From the IMG/VR virus record IMGVR_UViG_3300032236_000552, positions 1 to 64,000 of that record: a stretch of DNA of 64,000 nucleotides; one strand, 5' to 3'. The position numbers were made by a program, and so were the translations under genes. Positions 9,797-19,589 of this stretch are shown here, piece by piece; positions within the stretch are counted from its first letter, which is position 1, and each line of letters starts with the position of its first letter. The notes beneath the pieces were generated by a model that was not told the DNA's origin, made no database searches, and worked only from the letters and a program-made list of their open reading frames with translations. Source of the stretch: a virus.

Positions 9797-10364
9797 AGAC
9801 CTGATAGTTCAACTATCTAACGACCCATTCAATCCAAACCTCAACCTACAGATTGCCAGTGAGTATGACCGCATCGGTCAGACTGCATCTGCCGTCTCGT
9901 TCTATTTGAGAACAGCCGAGTACGGCTACTACACCCACTATGAGCACGTGTATGCGGCGCTCTTGAAATCGGCCCAATGCTTTAGCCATCAAAAGAACCG
10001 TGAGCATACAGTCCAAAATCTGTACTACAAGGCTATTGCTTACTTGCCTCAAAGACCTGAAGCATGGTTCCTCTTTTCTCGGTACTATGAACAGAATAAA
10101 AAATGGCAGGAATCCTACACCTTTGCAGAGGTGGGGTTGTCCCTTCCTCCAATAAAACTTGCGCCTCTTCCTATCGACGTAGACTATCCAGGGCAATATG
10201 GACTGACCTTTGAGAAGGCAGTCAGTGCTTGGTGGGTAGGACGCCAAGATGAGTCATTAGACCTCTTTAAGACGTTAGAGGCTAATCCAGAATTAACTGA
10301 GGCATATAAAGCCTCTGTTCAGAACAACCTTGCTAGTTTAGGACACGCAACCCCTACTACATAA
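9786..10364 (+). CDS. TPR-repeat protein
   Basis: Helical repeats; the KAIAYLPQRPEAWFLFSRYY segment resembles TPRs associated with glycosyltransferases. Confidence 0.7.
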   Translation: MEIKDLIVQLSNDPFNPNLNLQIASEYDRIGQTASAVSFYLRTAEYGYYTHYEHVYAALLKSAQCFSHQKNREHTVQNLYYKAIAYLPQRPEAWFLFSRYYEQNKKWQESYTFAEVGLSLPPIKLAPLPIDVDYPGQYGLTFEKAVSAWWVGRQDESLDLFKTLEANPELTEAYKASVQNNLASLGHATPTT

Positions 10365-10403
10365 GGATAATAGCCATATCACCAGCCTCAAGGAGTTCAT
10401 TCA

Positions 10404-10775
10404 ATGGCAGCAGCATACAAAGTTTTAGGTATGACAGGCGCAGCAGGCGCTACAGGAAACGGCTCACAGCAACTTGCAGCAGCCAATACCAACTACAACC
10501 TTTACACAGTTCCTAACAGCCCAACACTGTCGGCTGTTGTTTCTACAATCACTATTTGCAACCAGGCTTCAACCGCAGCGACATTCAACATTGCGATTCG
10601 ACCAGCAGGTGCAACTCTTGATACCCGCCATTACATTGCATACGGAACTCCTATTGCAGGTAACGACACAATTGCTTTGACTCTTGGTGTAACAATTGCT
10701 ACCACCGATATCATTACAATTAACGCTTCGGCAACTACGCTTTCATTTGCAGCATTCGGTTCTGAAATTTCCTAA
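10404..10775 (+). CDS. Small virion structural protein (beta-sandwich)
   Basis: SD aaggag; YKVLG...LYTVP...VVSTITICN pattern; precedes the adhesin cassette. Confidence 0.55.
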   Translation: MAAAYKVLGMTGAAGATGNGSQQLAAANTNYNLYTVPNSPTLSAVVSTITICNQASTAATFNIAIRPAGATLDTRHYIAYGTPIAGNDTIALTLGVTIATTDIITINASATTLSFAAFGSEIS

Positions 10776-10789
10776 AGGAGGACTGACTT

Positions 10790-11350
10790 ATGTCAGTTAG
10801 TCGTCTATCTAAGCAAAGCGTTCAGGCTGGTTTTCCTAAGCAGCAAACTGTTTGGGACCAAACCACTGGTGCTGTTGCCATGGACTGTTTAGGGTCTATT
10901 ACCCTTGCTGGAACATCGTCCTCTATAGTGTTCCAAAGTATCCCTGCAACTTACACGCACCTACAGTTGCGTACTTATGGGCTTAGTTCTAACACTGATG
11001 CTTACATGTACTTTAACACTGATACAACAAATACAAATTATCGTCGTGCTGGTTTCATGGGCGATGGAGGCTCAGGTACCGTGTTCAATGACAACGCCCC
11101 TTACACGGATGCTGGTAACGTGCAGTCTTACGCACAGTTACTTATTTACGATATTTTAGACTACACAAACCCTAACAAAAACAAAATGGCGAAAATTTTA
11201 TTTGGACAAGATAACAACGGTTCTGGTCGTGTTGGACTTGAGTCTATTACTTGGTACGGTGGAGGAACCTCTGCAGTAATAAACAAGATAACTCTTTCTG
11301 GTCGTTCATATACTGCTGGTACTAACGTTTCTTTGTATGGGATTCGATAA
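10790..11350 (+). CDS. Adhesin cassette protein A1 (shared domain only)
   Basis: FQSIPATYTHLQLR...FNTD...LYGI domain shared with five neighbouring ORFs. Confidence 0.7.
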   Translation: MSVSRLSKQSVQAGFPKQQTVWDQTTGAVAMDCLGSITLAGTSSSIVFQSIPATYTHLQLRTYGLSSNTDAYMYFNTDTTNTNYRRAGFMGDGGSGTVFNDNAPYTDAGNVQSYAQLLIYDILDYTNPNKNKMAKILFGQDNNGSGRVGLESITWYGGGTSAVINKITLSGRSYTAGTNVSLYGIR

Positions 11351-12759
11351 TGGCGACAAACGTACCCATTCAATCAACTACTCTTACCACTAGTCAGTCT
11401 AGTTACACTTTTTCTAACATTGACCAAACGTACACAGATTTAACATTAGTAATCTCTGGTGTTGCTGGTGGAGGTACTGGCGGTAACATCTGGATTCAAT
11501 TTAACGGTGACACTTCTTCTGGACTTTACTCACGTACACGTGTGCTAGGTGACGGTTCTAACATGAGCAGTGAGCGTCAGGCTAACCAAAACTGGGTAAC
11601 CATTGGGGATGCTGCAAACGGTGAGCAGATTGGCTTAACTATTTGGATACCTCAATACTCAAACCCAAATGTGACTAAGTCTGTACTTTCTCGTTCTTAC
11701 TCTTCAAACTATGTGAGTGCTTATGCAGGATTGTGGAGAAACAGTTCTCCTATTACAAGTATTACCTTTACTATGGGTGCTTCGCAGAGCATCGGTGCAG
11801 GAACTACTCTTTCTCTTTATGGTGTTGCTGCTGGAAGTCCTAAAGCATCTGGTGGAAACACCTACACAGATGGAACCTACTGGTATCACCTATTTACATC
11901 TTCTGGAACTTTTACCCCTGCACTCTCTAGCCTCTCATGTGACATCTTGCAGGTAGCAGGCGGTGCAAGTGGAGGCGCAGGTTTTGGAGGCGGTGGTGGT
12001 GCGGGAGGAGTTCTCCTTACACAGTCCTATTCCCTTCCTTCTCTTCCCCATCAAATACTTGTAGGCGCAGGAGCCGCTTGGAACTCAATCCAATCTGGCG
12101 GATTTTCTGCTGGAACAATTGCCCCTGGTTCTAACGGCAATAACTCTTCTATTGGAAGAAATGGTACTCCATTACTTATTGCTTACGGTGGTGGCGGTGG
12201 AGGTTCCTACGGAAGTAGCGCAACGCAAATTGGTCGTAATGGAGGTTCTGGTGGAGGCGCTGGTGGAGGAAGTCCAGTAGCAAACGCTTCTGGAGGAACA
12301 GGAACTGCAGGTCAAGGCAACAACGGTGGTAACGGAACACAGTCTGGAAACAACTACACCTATGCAGCCTCTGGAGGCGGAGGTGCTGGAGGAAATGGTA
12401 TCGGTAACTCAGCAAATACTGCAGGTAACGGCGGTATCGGAGTAACAAGCATCACTATCAGCCAGTTTGCATCTGCTACTGGTACAGGCGTAAATGATGG
12501 TTCAGGTAACTACTACTTTGGCGGTGGAGGTGGCGGAGGAACTGCTGACCTTGCAAACTCTACCCGTTCTTCTGGTGGTTTTGGAGGAGGAGGCGCTGGT
12601 GAAAGAGCGTACTCAAATAACTCTGACAGCGTTGCTGGTTCCGCTTTTACAGGAGGCGGTGGCGGTGGTGGTTCTTACGCTTCTACTTCTGGTTCTGGAA
12701 ATACTGGTGGAGGAAAAGCAGGCGGCTCTGGTCTTGTGATTGTGAGGTACTTGGTCTAA
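11350..12759 (+). CDS. Gly-rich adhesin/fibre protein B1
   Basis: Shared N-terminal domain followed by a polyglycine domain (YHLFTSSGTF...GGSGLVIVRY). Confidence 0.75.
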   Translation: MATNVPIQSTTLTTSQSSYTFSNIDQTYTDLTLVISGVAGGGTGGNIWIQFNGDTSSGLYSRTRVLGDGSNMSSERQANQNWVTIGDAANGEQIGLTIWIPQYSNPNVTKSVLSRSYSSNYVSAYAGLWRNSSPITSITFTMGASQSIGAGTTLSLYGVAAGSPKASGGNTYTDGTYWYHLFTSSGTFTPALSSLSCDILQVAGGASGGAGFGGGGGAGGVLLTQSYSLPSLPHQILVGAGAAWNSIQSGGFSAGTIAPGSNGNNSSIGRNGTPLLIAYGGGGGGSYGSSATQIGRNGGSGGGAGGGSPVANASGGTGTAGQGNNGGNGTQSGNNYTYAASGGGGAGGNGIGNSANTAGNGGIGVTSITISQFASATGTGVNDGSGNYYFGGGGGGGTADLANSTRSSGGFGGGGAGERAYSNNSDSVAGSAFTGGGGGGGSYASTSGSGNTGGGKAGGSGLVIVRYLV

Positions 12760-14129
12760 TGAATGAGACTATGGTAAAGATTGCTTCGTTTACCGTCCCT
12801 TCTGGCGGACAAGCAAGCGTAACTTTTACAAACATTCCGCAAAACTTTACTGACTTAAAACTTTATGTATCTGCTCGTACAGGTCGCACCACTGACTACC
12901 TAGACGATATGGACATACAGTTTAACAATGATAGCAGTGCTAGTTATAGCACTGTAACAGTGCAAAACAACCAAGGTTCTACTCAGTCATTGAGAAACAC
13001 TGGTCAAACATCCGCTATTAGAAACACTGTAAACTCAAATACCTCAACAAGCGGTAACATGAGTTGTACAGAGATTTTAATTACCAACTATACTTCTTCA
13101 ATAGCAAAACTTATTCAAACAGATACAACGGCAAACGACAACAACGGTCACGTATATGCTGGTCTTGCATCCTCTGTCTATACTGGAACTTCTCCTATTA
13201 CTCAGATTAAAATTACAGGAGACCAATCTGGATTCCTTGTGAACTCTGAGTTCACTCTTTATGGATTGAAGAACCAAACAAAGACAGCAAACAACTACCT
13301 AAAGGCTACTGGTGGCACCGTTACAACAGATGGCACTTATATTTACCATACGTTTACTTCTACAGGAACATTCCAACCAAATAACAAACTATTGGTAGAG
13401 TCCTTAGTGATTGCTGGTGGTGGAGGTGGCGGCTCTCAAGACGGCGCTGGTGGTGGTGCTGGAGGAATTTTGTACGTTCCACCTATCACTATGTTTAACC
13501 AAGGAACATCTTATGCTGTAACCGTGGGCGCAGGTGGTTCTGGAGGTACTTCTGCTGGGGCAGGAACTCAGGGAAACAACTCAATAGTAAACGGTCTTAC
13601 TGCAATCGGTGGTGGTGGAGGTGCTGGTCGTGGCACTGCTCCAACTACTGGAGGCTCTGGTGGAGGTGGAAACACTAACGGTGGAGCACAAGGCCCAGCA
13701 TCCGCTACTCAAACCAGCACTAACGGAGGCATTGGTTATGGAAACGCTGGAGGAGGAAACGGCGGAGTTGCAGGCTCTGGAGGTGGCGGTGGTGCTGGTG
13801 CAGTAGGCGGAGCAGCAGTGTCTGGACAAGGCGGTAATGGTGGCGCTGGAACAAGCGTGTTTAGCCAATGGGGATTGGCAACCAACACAGGCCAAAACTC
13901 TGGAAGTCTCTTCTACTACGCTGGTGGTGGCGCTGGTGGCTATGAAGTCGGCCCTTGCGGATACGGCGGTATAGGTGGCGGAGGAGACGGTAGATTAGTT
14001 TCAGCAGCAAACTCAGGAACATCCAACACTGGCGGTGGTGGAGGCGCAGCAGGTTGGAGTGGTTCTGGAACAGTTTACGCTGGTGGCTCTGGCGGTTCTG
14101 GTTTAGTTATTCTTAGGTATAAGGCATAA
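12759..14129 (+). CDS. Gly-rich adhesin/fibre protein C1
   Basis: Same architecture as B1 (YHTFTSTGTF...GGSGLVILRY). Confidence 0.75.
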   Translation: MNETMVKIASFTVPSGGQASVTFTNIPQNFTDLKLYVSARTGRTTDYLDDMDIQFNNDSSASYSTVTVQNNQGSTQSLRNTGQTSAIRNTVNSNTSTSGNMSCTEILITNYTSSIAKLIQTDTTANDNNGHVYAGLASSVYTGTSPITQIKITGDQSGFLVNSEFTLYGLKNQTKTANNYLKATGGTVTTDGTYIYHTFTSTGTFQPNNKLLVESLVIAGGGGGGSQDGAGGGAGGILYVPPITMFNQGTSYAVTVGAGGSGGTSAGAGTQGNNSIVNGLTAIGGGGGAGRGTAPTTGGSGGGGNTNGGAQGPASATQTSTNGGIGYGNAGGGNGGVAGSGGGGGAGAVGGAAVSGQGGNGGAGTSVFSQWGLATNTGQNSGSLFYYAGGGAGGYEVGPCGYGGIGGGGDGRLVSAANSGTSNTGGGGGAAGWSGSGTVYAGGSGGSGLVILRYKA

Positions 14130-14179
14130 AACAACTAACAACTGTTTATCATTAGACAATCAAGCAAGGAGAAAAATCT

Positions 14180-14548
14180 ATGGCACATTGGGCCGAAATT
14201 GACGAGAACAACATTGTTACTCGTGTACTTGTCGTTGCAGATGACAAGACAGATGGTCAAGCATTTTTAGCCGATGAACTTGGCTTGGGTGGAACGTGGA
14301 AGCAAACTTCCTACAACACCTCTGCTGGAGAACACCGCAATGGCGGTACTCCTTTCCGCAAGAACTATGCTGGGATTGGGTTTACCTACGACTCTGTCCG
14401 TGATGCGTTCATTCCTCCAAAGCCATTTGCTTCTTGGACATTAGACGAAGAAACCTGCATTTGGGCAGCACCAACTCCTATGCCTACAGACGGCAAGATT
14501 TACACATGGGACGAAGCAACTACTTCATGGAAGGAAGTAACTGAATAA
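14180..14548 (+). CDS. Conserved phage protein, putative fibre assembly/accessory factor
   Basis: MAHWAEID...WKQTSYN...FRKNYAGIG...DAFIPPKPF motif set, usually found beside Gly-rich fibre genes. Confidence 0.6.
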   Translation: MAHWAEIDENNIVTRVLVVADDKTDGQAFLADELGLGGTWKQTSYNTSAGEHRNGGTPFRKNYAGIGFTYDSVRDAFIPPKPFASWTLDEETCIWAAPTPMPTDGKIYTWDEATTSWKEVTE

Positions 14549-14784
14549 TGTCTGATACACCTACAAAGATTATCGTTGACTGTGCTACTGGAGAGCAACA
14601 TGTGGTTCCTCTAACAGCGCAAGAAATCGCACAACGTGACCAAGATGCAGCAGCAGCGGCTGATGCAGCAGCGGCACGTGAAGCAGAAGCCGAGCGCATT
14701 GCTGGCCTAAAAGCGTCTGCAAAGGCTAAGTTGATTGCTGGCACACCGCTGACAGCAGATGAAGCAGCAGTACTAGTTCTCTAA
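14548..14784 (+). CDS. Small helical protein, putative fibre chaperone
   Basis: TAATG-coupled start; VDCATGE...PLTAQEIAQR followed by a coiled coil. Confidence 0.55.
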   Translation: MSDTPTKIIVDCATGEQHVVPLTAQEIAQRDQDAAAAADAAAAREAEAERIAGLKASAKAKLIAGTPLTADEAAVLVL

Positions 14785-14806
14785 TTTTCCCAAAGGGGAG
14801 TCATTC

Positions 14807-15436
14807 GTGTCTATTAAAAGATTTAATGGTGCTGGCCTATACGGGTCAAAAGCCACTAAAGTGTGGGACCAGTACACGACACTTAATGACTACCAGTCTA
14901 TTGCTACGGTAGTTGTCCCTTCTGGTGGTTTAAGCACAATCACATTCAATAATATTCCGCAAAATTTTACCCATCTTCAAATCCGATACAGTGCCCAAAA
15001 CAACCGTGCGTCATTTGCTACCGATGATGTAATCATGTACTACAACGGAGATAACACAGCATCTCGTTACCAATCTCACCGCATATACGGACAAGGCGCA
15101 TCTACCCCAGCCTCTGATGGTCCAAATGGAGTTGCTGGTGGGTTGGCTGGGTTTATGTACTCAACTACTGGAGGAATAACGGGAAACTTTGGTGCTGGAA
15201 TAATCGACGTTTTTGATTACGCAAGTCTTTCTAAAAACAAAGTAAGTAAAGCAGTTAGTGGTGCGGACAACAACGGCGGTACTGGTTCTGGTGCGGGACA
15301 GATTGGTATTTCGTCTTCACTTTGGACTCCAACATCTATTACAAATATTTACTCAATAACCTTTACTCCTGGTAACGGTACTTTATACTCCCAATTTTCT
15401 AAGTTTGCTTTGTATGGAATAAAGGTGGCTTCCTAA
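14807..15436 (+). CDS. Adhesin cassette protein A2 (paralog of 10790..11350)
   Basis: MS..R...VWDQ.T N-terminus plus the shared domain only, as in A1. Confidence 0.7.
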   Translation: MSIKRFNGAGLYGSKATKVWDQYTTLNDYQSIATVVVPSGGLSTITFNNIPQNFTHLQIRYSAQNNRASFATDDVIMYYNGDNTASRYQSHRIYGQGASTPASDGPNGVAGGLAGFMYSTTGGITGNFGAGIIDVFDYASLSKNKVSKAVSGADNNGGTGSGAGQIGISSSLWTPTSITNIYSITFTPGNGTLYSQFSKFALYGIKVAS

Positions 15437-16782
15437 TGGCAACTAATGGCTCTACTTACAACTTTATTGCTTCTCAAACAGCAAGCGGTTCATCCTCTTC
15501 TGTTACATTTAATAACATCCCTCAAAACTACACCGATTTTCGGGTAGTAGTTAACGCACGGTCATCTCGTTCTTCTAACTGGAGTTCTTTATCTGTTAGG
15601 TTTAATGGGGACGCAAGTTCTGCTTACTCAGATACCTTTATTCAAGCAAACAGTTCATCTGGAATCACTAGTGGCAAAGAATCGAATGTATCAACTTCCT
15701 TTGTAGGAAATATACCTGCGGCAAGCGCTACATCTGCTGCTTACGGAGTTATAATTTTAGACATATTTAATTACAGTTCGCCTAATATGTATAAGACATA
15801 CAACAGTAAAACGGGTGCAATATTAGACGGAAGCACACAAGATTTTGAAACTAACACTGGTTTATGGAGAAGTACCAATAGCATTACCTCTATAACACTT
15901 TACGATGTTTACGGAAACTTTACTTCAGCAACAACCTTTTCTTTATACGGCATTAAAGCGGCGGATACTGGTGCAACTATCCCAACAAAAGCCCTTGGTG
16001 GAGATTACATATCTACTGATGGTACATACACTTACCACACCTTCTTAAACTCAGGAACGTTTACACCTTCAGGCACTCTTACTTGTGACCTTCTCATGGT
16101 TTGTGGAGGAGGTGGAGCGGCTAACCAAGGCGCTATCGGTGCTGGTGGTGGTGGAGGTTCTGTTTACTACAACACCTCTCTAAGCCTTTCTGGTCCTCAA
16201 ACTGTTCTTGTAGGAGCAGGAGGCGCTCCAGATAATACCTCTTCTGGCCCTGGTCAAAATGGTGGTATTAGTTCTCTTGGTTCTTACACTTTTGCTTCCA
16301 ATGCAAACGCTGGCGTGAACAACGGTAGTAGTGGAAGCAACGGAGGTAACGGTGGAGGCTCTCAAAGCGTTATCTCTGGAACAACCACAAGTTACTCAGG
16401 AGGAAGCGGTTCTGGACCTTCAGGTTCTCGCAGAGGTGGCGGCGGTGCAGGTGCAGGTGCAAACGGTTCTGGAATCAACCCTGGTGCTGGCCTTAACACG
16501 TATGCTTCATGGGCATTAGCAACTAACACGGGTGACAACGGTTACTACGGCGGTGGCGGCGCTGGAGGCTATGAAGTAAACGGCGGTGGAACCTGGACTA
16601 GTGGAGGCGCAGGTGGTGGAGGAAAGGGCGGTTACGGAACCACGTCCCCATTCTATAACGGAACTGCAGGACTACCTAACACGGGCGGTGGCGCAGGAGG
16701 TTGCGGTGGTTACACAGGAGTTATTGGCGGTTCAGAAAGCAACGGTGGTTCAGGAATCGTTATTGTGAGGTACGCATCCTAA
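15436..16782 (+). CDS. Gly-rich adhesin/fibre protein B2
   Basis: MATN start as in B1; shared domain plus polyglycine domain. Confidence 0.75.
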   Translation: MATNGSTYNFIASQTASGSSSSVTFNNIPQNYTDFRVVVNARSSRSSNWSSLSVRFNGDASSAYSDTFIQANSSSGITSGKESNVSTSFVGNIPAASATSAAYGVIILDIFNYSSPNMYKTYNSKTGAILDGSTQDFETNTGLWRSTNSITSITLYDVYGNFTSATTFSLYGIKAADTGATIPTKALGGDYISTDGTYTYHTFLNSGTFTPSGTLTCDLLMVCGGGGAANQGAIGAGGGGGSVYYNTSLSLSGPQTVLVGAGGAPDNTSSGPGQNGGISSLGSYTFASNANAGVNNGSSGSNGGNGGGSQSVISGTTTSYSGGSGSGPSGSRRGGGGAGAGANGSGINPGAGLNTYASWALATNTGDNGYYGGGGAGGYEVNGGGTWTSGGAGGGGKGGYGTTSPFYNGTAGLPNTGGGAGGCGGYTGVIGGSESNGGSGIVIVRYAS

Positions 16783-18137
16783 TGGCTAAAACATACTCTG
16801 CTATTCAAACAGTGACTGCTGCTGGTGGTGAGTCTTTACTTACTATTTATAACATCCCACAAAATTACAACGACTTAAAAATTGTGCTGTCATTACGTGG
16901 TGGAACGGGTGTAAACTCTGTTCTCTACTTTAACGGTGTATCAACTAGTTTTACTGGACGCTATGTTGATGGTGTAGGTTCTGGTAGTGCAACTAGTGGT
17001 TCTCTTGCTAACTTTGTAGGAAATATAGAAAGCACAAGTCAAACTGCTAACACATTTTCTATTCATGAAGTTTATGTTCCTAACTATGCACAGGCTGTTG
17101 CTCACCCGTTTTTTGCAGACGCCGCAACCGAAAACGCAAGTTCTTCGGCTTACATGGATTTTGCTGCTGGTATTTGGAACCCAGGAACTTTTGCTGCCAT
17201 TAACTCTGTAGGTATTGGGTTAAGTTCTTCCACGTTTGTTGCTGGCTCTACAATGACCGTTTACGGTATAGGTTCAGGCGCTAAAGCAACTGGTGGAACT
17301 GTAGTAGGTTCTGGTAACTTCATGTATCACACATTTACTTCTTCGGGAGCATTTACTCCAACAGAACAAATCAAAAACGCCGAAGTTCTCCTTGTTGGCG
17401 GCGGAGGTGGAGGCGGAGGAGACATCGGTGGTGGAGGCGGTGCTGGTGGAGTGGCGTACTTCCCTAACCAAACTCTTACAGCAGGCACTACCTACTCGCT
17501 AACTGTAGGAGGTGGCGGTGCTGGTTCAGCAAGCAGCGTTAACCGAGGTTCAGTAGGAACAGACTCATACTTTGGCTCATTAGCCCACGCCCTTGGTGGA
17601 GGGTATGGCGGAGGTTACAACGGTAACGGTCAGGGTGGTCCAGGAAGCACAGGCGGTTCAGGTGGCGGTGCAGGAGCATCTATAGGAACTCTTGCATCTG
17701 CTTCAGGATTGCAACCATCATCAACTCCAGGTGGAGTTGGTTATGGAAACACTGGTGCTGGCTCTACAGGTTTTGGCTCTGGCGGTGGCGGAGGCGCTGG
17801 CGGTGCAGGAACAACTGCTTCTGGCGGTTCTGGCGGTGGCCTTGGTGGTACAGGTACTTCAGCATTCTCAAACTGGCATTACGCAACACAAACGGGCGTT
17901 AGTTATGGTGGAATCTACTACATCGCTGGTGGTGGAGGTGGAGGACAACAGTCTGGTGACACATACACTGGACAAGGCGGTAACGGTGGAGGAGGCCGTG
18001 GTGGTGCGTATCCTTCAACTGCTGCAATTGCAGGAACTACAAATACTGGCGGTGGCGGTGGCGGAGGCGGACAGACCATATCCACTGGTTTTGCTGGAGG
18101 CTCTGGCTTAATTATCGTTCGTTACCCAATTAACTAA
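16782..18137 (+). CDS. Gly-rich adhesin/fibre protein C2
   Basis: TAATG-coupled start at 16782 (MAKTYSAIQ), preferred over the ORF-track start at 16701; shared domain plus polyglycine domain. Confidence 0.75.
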   Translation: MAKTYSAIQTVTAAGGESLLTIYNIPQNYNDLKIVLSLRGGTGVNSVLYFNGVSTSFTGRYVDGVGSGSATSGSLANFVGNIESTSQTANTFSIHEVYVPNYAQAVAHPFFADAATENASSSAYMDFAAGIWNPGTFAAINSVGIGLSSSTFVAGSTMTVYGIGSGAKATGGTVVGSGNFMYHTFTSSGAFTPTEQIKNAEVLLVGGGGGGGGDIGGGGGAGGVAYFPNQTLTAGTTYSLTVGGGGAGSASSVNRGSVGTDSYFGSLAHALGGGYGGGYNGNGQGGPGSTGGSGGGAGASIGTLASASGLQPSSTPGGVGYGNTGAGSTGFGSGGGGGAGGAGTTASGGSGGGLGGTGTSAFSNWHYATQTGVSYGGIYYIAGGGGGGQQSGDTYTGQGGNGGGGRGGAYPSTAAIAGTTNTGGGGGGGGQTISTGFAGGSGLIIVRYPIN

Positions 18138-18146
18138 GGAGACGCC

Positions 18147-18680
18147 ATGCGTGGAAGCAAAGTCCAGGGGCGTTTTAAGATTGACTACGAAGCCATCTCT
18201 ATGGATGAGGGAATCGTTGATGAACTTCGTGACCCAGTAGGTACCTCTGTATCATGGTGGCAATGGGACGATAACGCCTTAGCCGCAGATTACGACAACT
18301 GGGTAGACCCAATCTACGACGTATCCAACCAAGAGGCTGGCAAGGGCCGTCGTTGGAACGACCCCTTTGATGTGCCTGTCATTATGGCCCAGCAACTTCG
18401 TGGTACCAACATTATGAACGAGCGTGGTTTCTACACCGTAGATACTTTGCGCCTTGTAATTGCTGTAGCAGATGTAGCCCGTCTTCTTCCAGCACTGATA
18501 GACAACCCTAACGTCCACATTAAAGACCGTGTGGTATTCCAGGGTGAAGCCTTTGTTCCTACCCGTGTTTTACCACGTGGAAGGTATAAAGAGCGGTATT
18601 CTGTGGTGACTCTGGATTGCAACCAACTCAACCCCGAAGAGATGGTCAACGACCCACAGTTCCAATTCCTCACTAATTAG
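18147..18680 (+). CDS. Putative head closure/neck protein
   Basis: DPIYD...RRW...ERGFY...KDRVVF beta-rich pattern; SD aaggag; position in the head-neck region. Confidence 0.55.
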   Translation: MRGSKVQGRFKIDYEAISMDEGIVDELRDPVGTSVSWWQWDDNALAADYDNWVDPIYDVSNQEAGKGRRWNDPFDVPVIMAQQLRGTNIMNERGFYTVDTLRLVIAVADVARLLPALIDNPNVHIKDRVVFQGEAFVPTRVLPRGRYKERYSVVTLDCNQLNPEEMVNDPQFQFLTN

Positions 18681-18691
18681 AAAGGCTCCAC

Positions 18692-18880
18692 ATGACCGAC
18701 GAGACAACTCCTGTAGAAGATACAGTTACAGAAGAAGTAGAAACACCAGAAGTCGATGCGCCAGAAGTAGACGCAGAAGACGATGCAGACATCGACCTTG
18801 ATGACGAAGACCTCCTCGATGAGGACCTCTTTGACGAAGACTTCGATGACGAAGATTCAGAAGAAGACGACGAAGAATAA
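18692..18880 (+). CDS. Extremely acidic 62-aa protein
   Basis: About 36 of 62 residues are D/E and there is no K/R; SD gaaagg. Confidence 0.65.
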   Translation: MTDETTPVEDTVTEEVETPEVDAPEVDAEDDADIDLDDEDLLDEDLFDEDFDDEDSEEDDEE

Positions 18881-18892
18881 GAAAGGCTAAAA

Positions 18893-19075
18893 ATGCCAAA
18901 GACACCAATGCCTAAAAAGGGCAACGGCAAGGTAGAGAAGGTAATGAAGGAGTACTCTAAAGGTACCCTTCACACTGGAAAGAAAGGCCCAGGCAAAGGA
19001 CCTGTTGTAACAAAGAAGTCCCAAGCCGTGGCTATCGCTTTGTCTGAAGCAGGAAAGTCTAAGAAGAAAAAGTAA
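18893..19075 (+). CDS. Basic microprotein, DUF6496-like
   Basis: KVEKVMKEY.KGTLH.G...QAVAIALSEA motif. Confidence 0.7.
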   Translation: MPKTPMPKKGNGKVEKVMKEYSKGTLHTGKKGPGKGPVVTKKSQAVAIALSEAGKSKKKK

Positions 19076-19076
19076 C

Positions 19077-19286
19077 GTGGCAAATTTTCTTACCCGCCTT
19101 AAACCAGCACCATTGAAATATCCCAATGGGGGAGGACTCGCAGCAATGGCTAAAAAAGCACCAGACTCTCAACGGTTAGAAGTTGAAGCGCTTAAGAAGA
19201 AGCATGAGGTAGAACTCGCTAAACTTCAAGAGAAGCACGCTGCTGCTAATAAACCAAAGGCACCTACAACAAAGGCGGTTAAGTAA
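19077..19286 (+). CDS. Basic microprotein
   Basis: Lys-rich; closely spaced within the microprotein chain. Confidence 0.55.
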   Translation: MANFLTRLKPAPLKYPNGGGLAAMAKKAPDSQRLEVEALKKKHEVELAKLQEKHAAANKPKAPTTKAVK

Positions 19287-19589
19287 ATGGCATCTGAAGC
19301 ATGGCAAAAGAAGGCAGGAAAGAATCCGAAGGGTGGCCTTAACGAAAAGGGCCGCAAGTCCTACGAGAAGGCCAACCCTGGTTCTGACCTAAAGCCACCA
19401 GTTAAGAAGGGTGACAATCCTCGTCGTGCATCATTCCTTGCACGTATGGGTAACATGCCTGGACCAGAGCGTAAACCTAACGGCGAACCTACTCGTCTTT
19501 TGCTTTCTCTACAAGCATGGGGCGCATCTTCTAAAGCAGATGCTAAGAAGAAAGCCGCTGCTATGTCTAAGAAAAAGAAGACTAAGTAA
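19287..19589 (+). CDS. Basic protein, DUF6321-like
   Basis: AWQKKAGKNPKGGLNEKGR...RRASFLARM motif. Confidence 0.7.
   Translation: MASEAWQKKAGKNPKGGLNEKGRKSYEKANPGSDLKPPVKKGDNPRRASFLARMGNMPGPERKPNGEPTRLLLSLQAWGASSKADAKKKAAAMSKKKKTK

Noticed and set aside
16701-16781. N-terminal extension of ORF 16701..18137 given by the ORF track
   Set aside because: It overlaps the previous gene; paralog alignment and TAATG coupling indicate a start at 16782.
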